A stretch of 64,000 bases of DNA from Amoebidium appalachense (Eukaryota > Protista > Ichthyosporea): assembly GCA_963693365.1 (NCBI GenBank), contig CAVNZM010000005.1, forward strand, positions 372,001 through 436,000, given 5' to 3'. Both the position numbers and the translations under genes were made by a program. Shown in pieces: positions 1-21,293 of the stretch (position 1 is the first letter of the stretch; every line of letters begins with the position of its first letter). The notes beneath the pieces were generated by a model. That model saw only the letters and a program-made list of their open reading frames with translations, was not told the origin of the DNA and did no database searches.

Positions 1-209
1 CCCTCTCTATGCCCTTGCTCGCCGCCTCATCATTCGGGTACTAAAAAACAACCCCCCCCCCCCCCCCCCCACCCACCCACCCCACCCCCCACCACACACA
101 CACACACACACACACAAATTCTCCCCCTTTCCCCCTTCCCCCCACCACCACCACCACCACCACCACACACAAACAAACAAGAAAATCCCCCCCCCCCCCC
201 CCCCCCCCC

Positions 210-257
<48 letters not shown>

Positions 258-478
258 CACACCACCACCACCACGTAGGGTTTCGTTGACGAGGTGAATG
301 GTTCTAAATTAGCGCACGTTAGATCACTTTGCGCATTCTCTCTTTCTCTCTCTCTCCCTCCCCCCCCCCCCCCACCACCACCACCACCACCACCACCACA
401 TGCATACCCTTTTTCAAAGCTTTGCGCTCTGTGTTGTGTTGTCCATAATTCATGTGTACTTCGTACTCTAAGGCATTC

Positions 479-516
<38 letters not shown>

Positions 517-1131
517 AAACAACCACCACCACACACCCACACACACATGACCAATGCCACCACCACTCCTGCAGCATGCACAAGTACACCCCCTAGTCTG
601 ACACGAACACGAGCCGACACAGGCATTATGACACATTATTTTCACACCACGCACAACATAGGATTCATGACTGCAAGCATAGCATGCATGCATAGTGTGT
701 AGTAGCAGGGTCCCCCGATACGAGCCACTCTTAATGCACCCCTTCTACTCTGTGTCATCGTGCTTGCAGTTTAGGCACCAATCTTGCACAGGCAAGGCTG
801 GTGCAGCACAGTGTGTTTGTGTGTGTTTGAGGGGTGGATGGTGTTGGTGGTGTTGGGGGGGGTATATACGGTACGGATGTGATGCATGTCATACCTGTAG
901 TGTTTAAGGGGGAGGGAGGGGGGGGGGGGGGGAGGGGCGGTCGTGGCTTTGTTGGAGAGGGGCGGGGGGGGGGGGGGGGGGGGGGGGAGGAGGCTCTCGC
1001 AAGCAGGTGCACACAGCGCTCTATTCGTTCTGACGGAGACAAACAGGCGGACCTGCATGGCAGCTGCACACCCACCACAACCCAGAAACGACTGCTGTGA
1101 CCACCCAGTTTGGAACGAATGTACTCTGTGA
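1..1131 (+). other. Possible 3' end of a spliced gene entering from upstream (candidate exons ~1-37, ~279-293, ~790-809, ~1007-1131)
   Basis: Short non-repetitive islands bounded by GT/AG-like sites (ATTCGG|GTAC; TAG|GGTTTCGTTGACGAG|GTGA; CAG|GTGCACAC) between intron-like C-runs and (CA)n. No recognisable domain and frame uncertain. Confidence 0.2.
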
Positions 1132-2276
1132 AGTATATGGTCGATCTTAGACGAGGTTTCGGCATAGCTGGACATACCAAACCCGTGTTGTGCATATAAA
1201 GGCCCACCCAGTCGTAGTATGAGCGAATGTATTCCGTATGTCTGGCCCCAAGCTGGTAAAGACTGGTGACGCCTTTTTTTGTTTGTTTGTTCTTTTTTGG
1301 AACCCTCAGGGATGGGGGTATGTGACTAGACTGTCAATCACTCACACGCCACCCGGCCTGTATGTATAAAACACCACACTTGTGTGGCGTCACGTAGAAT
1401 GAACGAGTGATGTGGTCAACGCCCGTGCAGCTGAAGGCTGGACCCCGCCTGCCATCCGGCTACCAAAATAAATATGTCTCCAATAAGAAGGGCCACTGTG
1501 ACATGTCAGAGAAGGGCCACGCAAATTCGGCGCCTCTTATATAAACAAGCCAAAACGACGTACCTGTGCGCAAGAAGCACACCTGCAAGTTCTGGGACAA
1601 CCTGACAGGGGCTTTTCATATGACAACACAATACCTGGCAAAGCCTCTACGGCACCTTCTGCGTCACCGCGTACATGTTGTTTTTTTCTGTACGTACGTG
1701 TGTCAACCTGACCAATGGCGTACGAAGTTTGCACGCAAGTGTTTTCCACTTCTGTACGTACGTCTATCAAACTGACCAATGGAAGTCTTATATTTGCTGT
1801 TTTATTACGGGTTCTGTTGTCCAAAACAATGATAAGACAAGCCTCACAAGTGAGAAAAGCATTATAATTTCCTGCACTGCAGAGTTGAGTTGAAGTGCGG
1901 GACAAAGAATAGCTGTGTGGCTACAGTAAGCCTGTAACGGTTTGATTGGTATATCTCCACTGAGCTTTCATCGAAAGATGAACGTAAACAATGGGGGCTT
2001 AAACCACGAAATTGTTAGCTTTCGGTATTAAAACAATGATATACAAAAAGCTATTTTTACGTATTTAAGTCCATAAGAGTATAAAGACAATTATATAGTT
2101 ATCTTGTTTTGTCTATGCTTTATTATTTAGGACGAAATAATGATATTTCGGGCTTTTAAGATAGCCGTTCTTATTTCAATTTCAGTTTGTCTTTTTCAAA
2201 GCCCCATCATATACTCTAAGGGGAATACATAAAAACTAAGTTGATTCGTGCGAACGTTGACGCCATTTTAGCGATG

Positions 2277-2400
2277 TGACGTCACGCGTGACTCGCTAGG
2301 CAGCACTTGATTGGCCAACTGAAGGCTTACGGTTTTGATTGGCGGAGACATACAACCAATCAAAGTGTGCCTTGCCGATCATATGACTCTTTTCGATTGG
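2277..2400. promoter_or_regulatory. CRE-like TGACGTCA plus four CCAAT/ATTGG boxes upstream of the F-box/LRR gene
   Basis: TGACGTCA at 2277; ATTGG at 2310, 2338 and 2396; CCAAT at 2356. Repeat-free region about 570 bp 5' of ATG 2966. Confidence 0.45.
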
Positions 2401-2965
2401 CTGCACGTCCCAGCCCTGGCAAGGCATGGGCCAGTGCGCATGCACCGCATGGATCACGAGTTCACCACCAGTTCACCACTTGGTCCTGGCGCCCCAAAAT
2501 CACTGGAATCTAAAGGAGACTTTTTTCCTTATATTTTTAATAGTTGGAATATATTTTGGCTGCTTATATTCTCGTTCCAGGCGAGTCTAGCCTGTTCAGG
2601 TGTAGGAGTTTTATCCAATCACAGCCCGCCTTTGAACAAAGGCGCAAAGCACCCGAGATCCCGGGATTCGGCACGTGTTCCGGAAAAGGCTGGCGCCATT
2701 TCATTGAACCCCGTTTGTCTTTTCTATTAACAATTTGAATCCCCCTTCTGTTGAAATAATAAGCTCTGGATAAATAAGTACCGGAGTTTGAATTCGAATA
2801 TTGAATCTACCAGGTTCAGCTGAATGATAACGAAAGCTATAAAAACGCCCACCTGATCCTCAATCGGCTCAGAATTGTTCCGACATTTTCTTCGCCTATT
2901 ACTCCGTCGTGGTTAAGTTTGAACTTACTAGTTGCACATAATAACCACCTTTGAAAAACTGTAAA

Positions 2966-4039
2966 ATGGAGAGTCATAGTAGTATAGATTGTCTCCCTTT
3001 GGAGCTTCTGTCTCTAGTGTTCGAGCACCTTTCTGTAAGCGATGTAGTAACTGTTTGCAGTCGCGTGTCACGTAAATGGCGTGTAGCAGCGAAAAACACG
3101 CCGCTTCGTGGGTGGGTGACGGTCAAGAAACAGAGGGGCCAGCGCACGGTGACAGCCAGCCAGGTGGAGCGCATAGTCAGCCACTGGCCCAAAGTGTGGA
3201 GTCTCCGGTTCCAGTCTAAGCCCGACCCCGCAGCGCTTGCGCTCTGCCACCGTGCACGCAGACTAGACCTGTCGTTTTCTGGTGTTGTGGACGTGAGCCC
3301 CCTGTCCGGCTGTGTGTTTTTGCGCAGTATCGACTTGCTGGGCACCCCCGTCACAGACATATCGGCCCTCGAGGCCTGCACCGACCTGAGGCACGCAAAC
3401 GTCAGCAACACGAAGATTCAGTCCGTGAGGGCTCTTGCAGGCTGCCGCAACCTTCGTACCCTGCAGGCAAACCGTGCCCCTCTGAAGGACCTGCGGGGTC
3501 TGGACTCGTGCTGGCGCCTGCGCACGGTCAACCTCGAGATGACCGATGTGTGCGACCTGACCCCCCTGGCCAAGTGCAGTGCACTGACCCATGCCGACGT
3601 CACCCTTACCCCCGTGCGCGATGTTGAGGCCCTGTCCTCGTGCCGGTCACTTGTCAGCCTTCGTGCCGAGGGCACTATGATCGACGACCTGAACCCCCTT
3701 GTGACCTGCACTAGTCTGAAGCACGTCGAGGTCACTGGCTGCCCTGTGTCCAGCGTGGGCTTTGCCGAGTACTGCCACAACCTCGAGACCCTCAACGTGT
3801 GCCGCACCCAGGTGCGTGATATTGCACCACTGGGCAAACTCGAGCACCTGGCCAAGCTGGACGTCAGCCACACGGAGGTGTGCGACCTTAAGGCGCTTGC
3901 TGGCTGCAAGGGGTTAAGGATAGTGAACGTAGCCAGCACTGAGACCAGCGAGGAGCAGCAGGCGGCCCTTAAAAAGGCACTGCCTGATATGGTGTTTGGC
4001 CAGCCCGAGGTGGTTAAGGCGCTGGGCACCCTTGCGTAG
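2966..4039 (+). CDS. F-box / leucine-rich-repeat protein, intronless (~357 aa)
   Basis: N-terminal F-box (IDCLPLELLSLVFEHLSVSDVVTVCSRVSRKWR) followed by about 11 LRRs of 22 aa (L..LDLS.T.V.D...L..C..L). First ATG is 2966; the ORF-track start at 2951 is TTG. Confidence 0.9.
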   Translation: MESHSSIDCLPLELLSLVFEHLSVSDVVTVCSRVSRKWRVAAKNTPLRGWVTVKKQRGQRTVTASQVERIVSHWPKVWSLRFQSKPDPAALALCHRARRLDLSFSGVVDVSPLSGCVFLRSIDLLGTPVTDISALEACTDLRHANVSNTKIQSVRALAGCRNLRTLQANRAPLKDLRGLDSCWRLRTVNLEMTDVCDLTPLAKCSALTHADVTLTPVRDVEALSSCRSLVSLRAEGTMIDDLNPLVTCTSLKHVEVTGCPVSSVGFAEYCHNLETLNVCRTQVRDIAPLGKLEHLAKLDVSHTEVCDLKALAGCKGLRIVNVASTETSEEQQAALKKALPDMVFGQPEVVKALGTLA

Positions 4040-4678
4040 ATATTTTTGTTAAAGGAGCCACTGGTTGGCTCGTGCGTATGTTTGAATGATGACGTATAAT
4101 AAACGAATGATGAAGACTAAAGAAACTGATTGCTGTGACTGCTGCCCCGGACTGGTTCCCTCTTTAATTGTTTTTGCGTGTGATGGAGGTTCTTCGTGAA
4201 CCATCTGTGTGCTGTTTGTCGTATGTGCCATGCATAAACTTTGCAGACTGTTTTCTTAGTTGGCGTACTTCTGTATAACCCTTGCACTTGTTATCCCTCT
4301 TCAGGTGTGTTTACGGTAACACTGGCTGTGCTTTGGCACTGCACTGAATGGCATGCTTTACTACCAGTCAGAGCTGTAAATGTGCACGTGTAATATTAAG
4401 TTTGACTGCCCATTAGGTTGATCAATTGGAATGTTGGACTTTCCGACGCCTCCACTCTGCTGCTGTCAGACCGTGCACGAAACAGCACAGGCCTAACAAT
4501 ACTTAAAAGTACGTAGGTGGCCCGCCGGCTAAACAGGCTTTTCTCATTGGCTGGGCCAGGGCCGGGCGTGGGGTTTCACAGAACATTCGAGTGAAGACCT
4601 ATGGCGTCACTCAACACAAACACTTGTCCATGATGCTGCATTTTTTATTTTGTCGCATGGACAACCATGCGGTGATGG

Positions 4679-4950
4679 CGGTCGGCCCTGGACGTCCATA
4701 TGTATTCTCACCCGGACGTAATTTCGACGTCATGAATATAAAAATAACGGTCGGCCCTGGACGTCCAGATGTATTCTCACCCGGACGTAATTTCGACGTC
4801 ATGAATATAAAAATATGTGCATATTGGGCGATGTTCACACCGTGAGTATATACTTCGTGTTGCCTTAGTGCTACGTCATGAATATAAAAATATGTGCATA
4901 TTGGGCGATGTTCACACCGTGAGTATATACTTCGTGTTGCCTTAGTGCTA
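4679..4950. repeat. Two overlapping tandem duplications (69 bp x2, then 77 bp x2)
   Basis: Unit A at 4679 and 4748, unit B at 4796 and 4873. The 20-mer ACGTCATGAATATAAAAATA occurs three times at the junctions. Confidence 0.9.
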
Positions 4951-5364
4951 AGTAGGTACTCGCGTCCGGCACACTTATACATGGGCTTTATCTTATGTCT
5001 CACCTCTCCGCTGCATTCAAATCCACGGCTTTCTATCGCATGTAATGCTGCATCTCAACTTACACATCTGTACATGCATCATGCGATTCATTCATTCATC
5101 CATACATACATTAATGTTCCACATAGCGTGCATGCTGCGATGTACATGCATCATGCGACTCATTCATCCATACATTCTTTCAAAATGGCGTGCATGCTGC
5201 AATTCATTCATACACGTACATACATTCAACATGGTGTGCATGCTGCGATTCATTCCTACACGTACATTCTACGACACCTTGCACATAGCAAGCCATCAAT
5301 GCAATCTCGTTCAAGTACGACCTGTAGAGAGCGTTTCCTCCCTTGATCGGTCCATATCAGCTCA

Positions 5365-14117
<8,753 letters not shown>

Positions 14118-16265
14118 GCTGCCGCGGCCTGCAGGGCTGTGTATGGCTGGTACTGGGCGTACAAACAAGGTGCCAGCCACACAGGGAGCAAGGTGCTGAA
14201 AGAAGGGCCTGTTGAAGCAGACAGGACCTCTCAGGGCAATATGGATCTCTCGTTTCACCTGTCACAGAGTCTAAGGGAGGGCAGACGTAGGACTGGAGCG
14301 GACCAAAAGCACCACAACGTCTAAACTAAGACGCATATCTCCCCGTCGGCCTATTGTGCTAGCCAACTCAGAAACTACGAAAACTGTCCGACGCGATGCT
14401 TGCCTTTGAACTGAGGGTCAACGTGAGGCCTTCTTTCAAGCCTGTTGCAAAGCTCCAAAGGCCTTGCTGCAGTTTACGTGTTGGCAACTCGCACAGGCGT
14501 TGTCGTCAAGACTCAAGAGTCCTAGTAGAGCGTAGACATTTTGATTGGCTACTGCGGTATGCATATGACCTGCTTTCGCGCATATTTATTGGTCAACTTT
14601 ATTCGCCCAATCAGAGAAGCTATGCCTGTGGGTATAGGGGGACTGCCCAATAGCATGCTGCATACCTTTACACATGGAGCCCTTGAGTCAGTGAGCCGCG
14701 GCGCTGCAGAAGGCCAACGGCCCGTACGTAGGTGCACAGAGCTTTTAGGGCAACAGCCTTCTTTGCCCCCAACATGATGATGAAAAGGTAGACAGCAGGG
14801 TTATTTGGGGCCTGTACTGCAGCATATATAGCTAAATTTGCTATAGCTTGCACCCCTAACGGGATCGTAGGCGCATCCACAAACACACAGGTGCGACACG
14901 TTATACAAGCGCTCTGCAGGCACAGCAGCACAAGGGCAGCAGGAAGACTTCAGGGATCTCACGCACCACACTGAAGCGCAGGCATACAGAGGTAATGTTC
15001 CGTAAATCTTGAAGCAACAGCGTATTATGACAGCAATGCACACATGTTCACGCTCATCCACGTTTGCATGCAAGGTAGCATGGAGCTGCGCGAAGCGTAG
15101 CTATAGGCAACCAAACGTGGTCAGGTCGCGTACAAACGGATTCCAGTATATAAGTTTTAAAACAGTGAAAGCGTTCTATATAGCACCAAACGAACACATG
15201 CCCATACTCACGTGTGCACACACACACCGCACGTGTACGGACAGTACCCACATGTACAGTGTGCTTCCACGCGCAGTTGAATACTTCGGAATTCGGAACA
15301 CATCCAACTTCGAATTCGCTAGAGCTCCAGAGTGGTTAGCAAGCGTTTCGTTTGTGAAAAAAGGTTCCGCTAACAACGGGGTGTGTGCATCACAAGTTGC
15401 TCTCTGGATCTGGTTTACGCGTGAACTTGAATGATGCATTGAAGGATGCAGCGAACCACCACAATAACCTTAGTTTTAGGTGCCCACCGCCGCAGGAATA
15501 GCATTCAAGGTGTGCAACAGGCATACAATCGTTGCACTTGCCCTGGGCTCCCAATATCGCTAGACGCATTTTCTCTGTCAGAAGTGTTTACATGTGATTG
15601 TATGTACAGTCATGATAAAGAATAGAGTAGTGTGGGCTGTTGTTCGTTTTTTCGGAGTTTTGGTCAGTTGGTCACATGTAGAGCCTCCAACAGAGCCTTT
15701 GCCTGGCTATGTCTTCAAGGATTTATGTAGCGCGCTCGGATTGGCTTGGCTGAATAAACGCAGGAAGATTGGCATTTGTTGATTGGCTGAGGGAACTTTG
15801 GTGGATAAAAAAAGCCACGTAAATAGAGTCGCAGCCTAGAGTCTCACATGTCATTGCGCTGTGACTTGTACAGTAGATTGTCGAATAAATATTGATATGA
15901 AAAGCTTTGCCAAGCTGCCCAGAATAAGAATTTTCAACTTTTCTCATGGAACTTGACAAATTGTAGTGTCATATGGTTATAATTGCTGCTCTGAGCATAT
16001 ATTTATGTGTCTTAATGTGATTGCATTTGCATTTTTGTCCACCTGCAAAAGGGGGTAAATATTTTTCAAAAAGCAAATGAGCCCAACAAGCCATTCCTAT
16101 TGGTGAAACAAATTCACCTACCCTTATATGGCTTTTTCTCCACATTTTTTCCTACCCTGCGACTATATAACGCTTCACACCGCACTCTCTCCATCCCTCA
16201 CACTTTTCCAGCGGAAAGCTGTCAGGTTGATTGTTAGCACCCTCCCCTTATCACTTCAGTAGAGA

Positions 16266-16579
16266 ATGTCCAGCTACGAGTTTAACGCGGAGGAGGAGAA
16301 GGTTATCCAGGCCGTTAAAGGGTGCCTGAACAAGCTGGGCATTGCGTTTACGGCGCTGAGCGCAGCCCACGCCATCACGCTGTTGCTTGCTGGCCCCGAT
16401 GGGTTCAAGGAGAAGCTGATGCCCAGCCTGATGGGCGTTAAGAACGTGGTGGTCTTTGGCTTCGTCGGCTTTTCGCTCTTGAACTCCTCTAAGGCCTTCT
16501 CAAAGTTTGTTTCCCCTTCGCCCCGCAACCCTCCCCCCTCCCCCCCCCTTCCCCCTCAACATCGGCCCAGCGGATCCTA

Positions 16580-16616
<37 letters not shown>

Positions 16617-17389
16617 TTCGCCCCCGCCCGCCCGTCCGCCCCCGTGGGTCCCCCTTCCTTCTGCACTGGTCCCTCCACCTCCTCTCTCTTTCCCTGCTCG
16701 CCCATAACCGATTCGGCCACATCGTCACGTGCACCTTATGTTTTTCGGGCTCGATGCCTACCGCATGCGCATGGTTGGTCATTAGATGTCAGTATGAAGG
16801 CACATGGTCACACCGTCGGCTTAGTCACTAGCAAGTAAAGGTTGTGGCTTGCCTCCCCTCACCACCCTGCTTCGCCCACTTTTTCACCCTCTACATGTGT
16901 CACCCGTAGCCCCATACATCAGAATCGATCCATTGTACACGCCTAAGGCTCCTTATCTTTGACTTCTCATTGTATCACCTTCACTCTCCCTTTTCCACCC
17001 CCATCCTTTAATTTTCAACCCTCGCCCCCCCCCCCACACACACACACACTCACCCTCCTTCACCCCCCAAACACACACCTGACACACATATAACCTTGTC
17101 ACTAGCAACGCTGTGTGTAGGTCTCGGCTCCTTCTCCACCCCATCTGCTCTGTCACCTCCAACCCCCCCCTCCTTCCCCCGCCCCAACACAAGCACACAC
17201 ACACACCAGAAACCTTGCACTGACAGTTCCACGCACAGGGTTGTGAAGGAAAAGGGCAATGACGTGGGCCACCTAATGAAGGGCCTTACCTCCATGAATG
17301 CTGGTCTTAGCAAGATCTTCATGCCCATTCTCATTGCTTCCATCTCCACGGCAGTTGCAGCCATCAAGGGGTTTGCAGAGGAGCACTGA
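16266..17389 (+). CDS. Small membrane protein, DUF5362-like (~129 aa). Exons 16266-16504 and 17239-17389
   Basis: GT-AG phase-2 intron joins MSSYEFNAEEEKVI...FSLLNSSKAFSK to VVKEKGNDVGHLMKGLTSM...EEH*. Three hydrophobic segments; ATTGG, CArG and TATATAA upstream. Family call rests on recalled motifs (YEF..EE; AF.KIV...GND..HLM..L). Confidence 0.75.
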
Positions 17390-18735
17390 AACATTTAACC
17401 CTTAAGGGTTCAATTTAGAAAGGAATATGGCCTGCAGGCAAGGCAGTTGGCTGTAGGGGAGCAAATAAGTTTAGGGGACCATCACCGCTGTACCACACTG
17501 GTGGGTGACCAAGTATGAATATAGCGTATTTTCACGCCTTCATATTCTAGTCAGTCATGTATCTATACACTGTGTATATCGTGAATAAACTGTTGATAAC
17601 AAGTTACTATTTGCAGGCCTGCTATACTCCCCCCCCCCCTCCCGCCACGCCTTGCTACATACCCTCGAGCTGATGTAGCTGGTACGTTTTTCTGTCCATG
17701 GACGTCCCCATATCTCATTATCTTTGCGCCCCCTCTCTCGCCACCACCACCACTGCATACCCCCGTCTCAAATGTTAACTTGGCCTTCCTTAAGCTTACA
17801 AGCCCAGCCCCCCCACCCCACCCCGGCCCTCTCCCCCTCACACTCTAACCACCAGAGTACCCCCACCTACTTCCTCTCATCCTCTCTCTGTCTCCGCTCC
17901 CCTGCCCTTTCCGCTCTGCACCCCCCCCCCCCCCCCCCCCTTCCCCTCCCCTCTACTCCCCCATGCTCCCCCCCCCCCCCCTTCTTCGTGTGCGTTCCTC
18001 TCCCCCCCCCCTAGGAGCGCGCCCCTCCCGCCTTCGTGTGTGTTTTGCATGCCAGTCTATGTAGTTCTTGCAGTTACGATCTAGGTGCTTGGCTTCCCTT
18101 GTTCTCAGCGTCACATGCGGCTACTAGTGACCCATCGGTCTCCCGGTTTCCTTTTGCCTGTATGCATTACCCCCCCATACACACAAACCACATCGCTTTC
18201 CCCTGCGGTCTTTAGTTTATCTCCTAAAATCTGTGCTTCCCCCCTCCCCCCTCTCCCCCCCCCCCGCACCCCCTTCCCCTTTATGGTTTTTCAGGAAACC
18301 AAGGGGGGAAAGGGGGAGGGGGAGGGGAGGGGGGAGACATACATGCAGGACACATGTCATCTCCCCCACCCCCCACCCCGCCTCTTTTCCCCTACAGGTT
18401 TCCTAGAGGACCATAAAGCAAGGAGGGGAAGAAGGGGGGGGGAGGGGGGAGGGAAGGGGGGGGGGGGGGGGGGGGGGGGATGGAAGCATCGAGTGTGGGA
18501 GAAACACTAGATGCATGACCACAGGGGCAAGCGATGTGGTTTGAGGCCGACATTACACACTTTGAGCAATTCGGGGGTCTGGGTCTCAGAATGCACGGAC
18601 CAGACCACCATCATCTGGGCCCTTGCTTGCTTGCCTACACCGATTGTGTCCGTTATATGTGCCTTAGGACGGCTCTCTATGCACTTTACTCCCCCCCTCC
18701 CCCCCCCCCCCCCCCCAAAAAAAAAAAAAAAAAAA

Positions 18736-18772
<37 letters not shown>

Positions 18773-19550
18773 AAAGAAGAAGAAGAAGAATAATGAAGAC
18801 CCTCGATCCTTTCTCTTTCTTTTCCTGTGGCTGAAATTGCTGTGGGTGTGTTTTGTTCGTGTGTGCAATGTGGTGTGTAGTCAAGCAGTAGTGTAAGGTG
18901 AATGTGGTCTGTGGCTATGGATGTTTTGCGTCTGGGTAGGTGTGTGTTTTTGGGGGGAGGAGGGGGGGATGCACATGTTTGCTACAGCATGTTGCTAGGC
19001 ACGTGAGCTGCCAGCTCAAGGGTGATGGAGGTTTCAGAGCACCAAGTAGCATGCACGTGTGTGTGCTTACGTTCATGTTTCATGATGTGCTGGTAAAGTT
19101 GCAGCCACGGTGCAGGCACTGTATGCCCATCTTGATCCGCTGTGTGGCCCCAGACATGACAATTCAATCTTGGCTAGGCCTCGCAGCCCCCCAATCCCTC
19201 CCCTCCCCTCGCCTCCTCTCCCCCCCCCCCCCCCCCCCCCCCACGCACACACCGTGAGTCCGTAACTCACACGCATCGCCCCCCCCCCCCCCCCCCCCCC
19301 CCCCCCGGCTGTTGTTCTAGGTCCTCACTTCCCTGCGTTAGGCCTAGCACACCGTCTCCCCCCCTCTCCCAAAAGTTTCCTTGCCTTACATATGGACGAA
19401 GGCCAAAATAAACAGGGGCTGTGGATATTCGAAGGCCTGCTCGTTTGCAAAGGAAGCAAGTGCATGGCTGCTACTGCTGTCCATGGAATAGCAGGACACC
19501 AGAGGAAGGGGAGAAGGGGAGAAGGGGAGGGAGAGGGGGGGGGAGGGGAG

Positions 19551-19592
<42 letters not shown>

Positions 19593-19760
19593 CGGAGAGG
19601 AGAAGAAGGCAGGGCACATACATGTAGACCGTCCACTCACGCAGTCACGCAGCTGCCCAATGGATTAATTTTGTAGCGTGCAAGGGGATCCAGAGAGCAC
19701 CAGCCAGCACAGCCTGAAGGACACTTGTGCCCGCCACCTGTGTTACGTGCATGTGTGTTT

Positions 19761-20081
19761 GCTGCCTAACTTCTACATTAGTAAGTTAGCTGCTGCCCTA
19801 ACTTCTACATTAGTAAGTTAGCTGCTGGCTAACTTCTACATTAGTAAGTTAGCTGCTGGCTAACTTCTACATTAGTAAGTTAGCTGCTGCCTAACTTCTA
19901 CATTAGTAAGTTAGTTGCTGCCTAACTTCTACATTAGTAAGTTAGTTGCTGGCTAACTTCTACATTAGTAAGTTAGCTGCTGCCTAACTTCTACATTAGT
20001 AAGTTAGCTGCTGCCTAACTTCTACATCAGTAAGCTAGCTGCTGCCTAACTTCTAGATTAGTAAGTTAGCTGCTGCCTAAC
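19761..20081. repeat. 31-bp minisatellite (~10 copies, CTAACTTCTACATTAGTAAGTTAGCTGCTGC) with an internal inverted repeat
   Basis: Head-to-tail copies with no spacers; CTAACTT/AAGTTAG arms in each unit. Confidence 0.92.
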
Positions 20082-21240
20082 GTCCATTATATTGGTCAGA
20101 GCAAGTAGCAGTTGAGCCAGAGTGTGGCATGGGCAAGTTTGCCTAAAGAGAGAGAGGAGAGAGAAGGGAGGGGGGGGGGGGGGGGGGGGGGGGGGATAGG
20201 GGTAAGAATGGGGGTGGGGGTGGGGTGTGTTTTTGTGCGTGTGTGTGGATGTGTTGAGAGGGAGGGGGGGAAAGTGGAAGTTACAGGGGTGGAATTTGGT
20301 GTCTACGTGACCGTTAGGTCGTAGGGAACGTCAGTGAGACGATGTTTTTTCCCCAGAGTTTTGTGTTTTTACTACCACTTGAAAGTATTATCCGGCCCAA
20401 TGTGGTTGAACAAGCCACATCACTCGATCTTGCTGGCAGCTTTCCATTGAATAGGAGGCTGGTTGGAATACATGTGTGTATGATTACTGTGTGGGTGTGT
20501 GGGTGTGTATGTGTGTGCGTGTGCGTGCGGTGGTAGTGGTGGTGGTGGGTGCCCCGTTGGTGGGTGAGTGGGTGGGTGGGTGGGTGGGTGGGTGGGTGGG
20601 TGGGGAGGGGGGGGGGGGGGAAGGGGGCTGGGGCTGGCTGATTCTCCAACTAAACGATGCTATACATTAGCTAACTTAAAGTCTGTTACGAGATCTGGCA
20701 TAAAAGCTCTGTCAGCCAAAAAAGTGCCTGGGGTTAAATAAGGCGCCCCATGTTGCCGGGGGGTGGGGGGGTCGGGGAGGGGGGGGGGGGGATGTTTTTT
20801 ACGGCGTGCACATGTAGGCCGGGTCGTTGTAGTGATGACGGCCCGAATCACCAAGTTATTCTTGTAGGGAAGGGGGCGAGCTATAGCGAGTTCTCCTTAA
20901 GCCATAGTTACCTATTGGTATTCAGTGACTCTGCTGCCGCCGCCGCCGCCTGCAGTTTATTATTTGCATGTGTCAGTGGCTATGTTGTTGGAAAGATAAA
21001 GCAAAGTTGTCGGACATGCCTCTCCAATGATGATAGGGGAGTCGATGAACATTTAAAAATTGCACCAGTTAAAGGAAAAACGAAGAACCTGAGGTTAGAG
21101 AACACAGCTTACTAAATGTGCACTGTAGTAGCAGCTGGACTGGTGTGTGTTGTGTGCAAGCGCGTGTGTGCACCGGTACGTGTGTGCGTGTCTGTTTGTG
21201 TGTGTGTGTATGTGTGTGTGTGTGCGTGTGTGTGTGTGTG

Positions 21241-21293
<53 letters not shown>

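Noticed and set aside
3418-4029. Antisense ORFs over the F-box/LRR gene (similarly over the FNT and PDZ genes)
   Set aside because: Shadow ORFs of GC-rich coding sequence with no recognisable motifs.
15315-15400. tRNA-like A-box (GAGTGGTTAGC)
   Set aside because: No cloverleaf and no properly spaced TTCRA arm.
19761-20081. Palindromic 31-bp repeat as a CRISPR array
   Set aside because: Units are head-to-tail with no unique spacers, there are no cas genes, and the context is eukaryotic.
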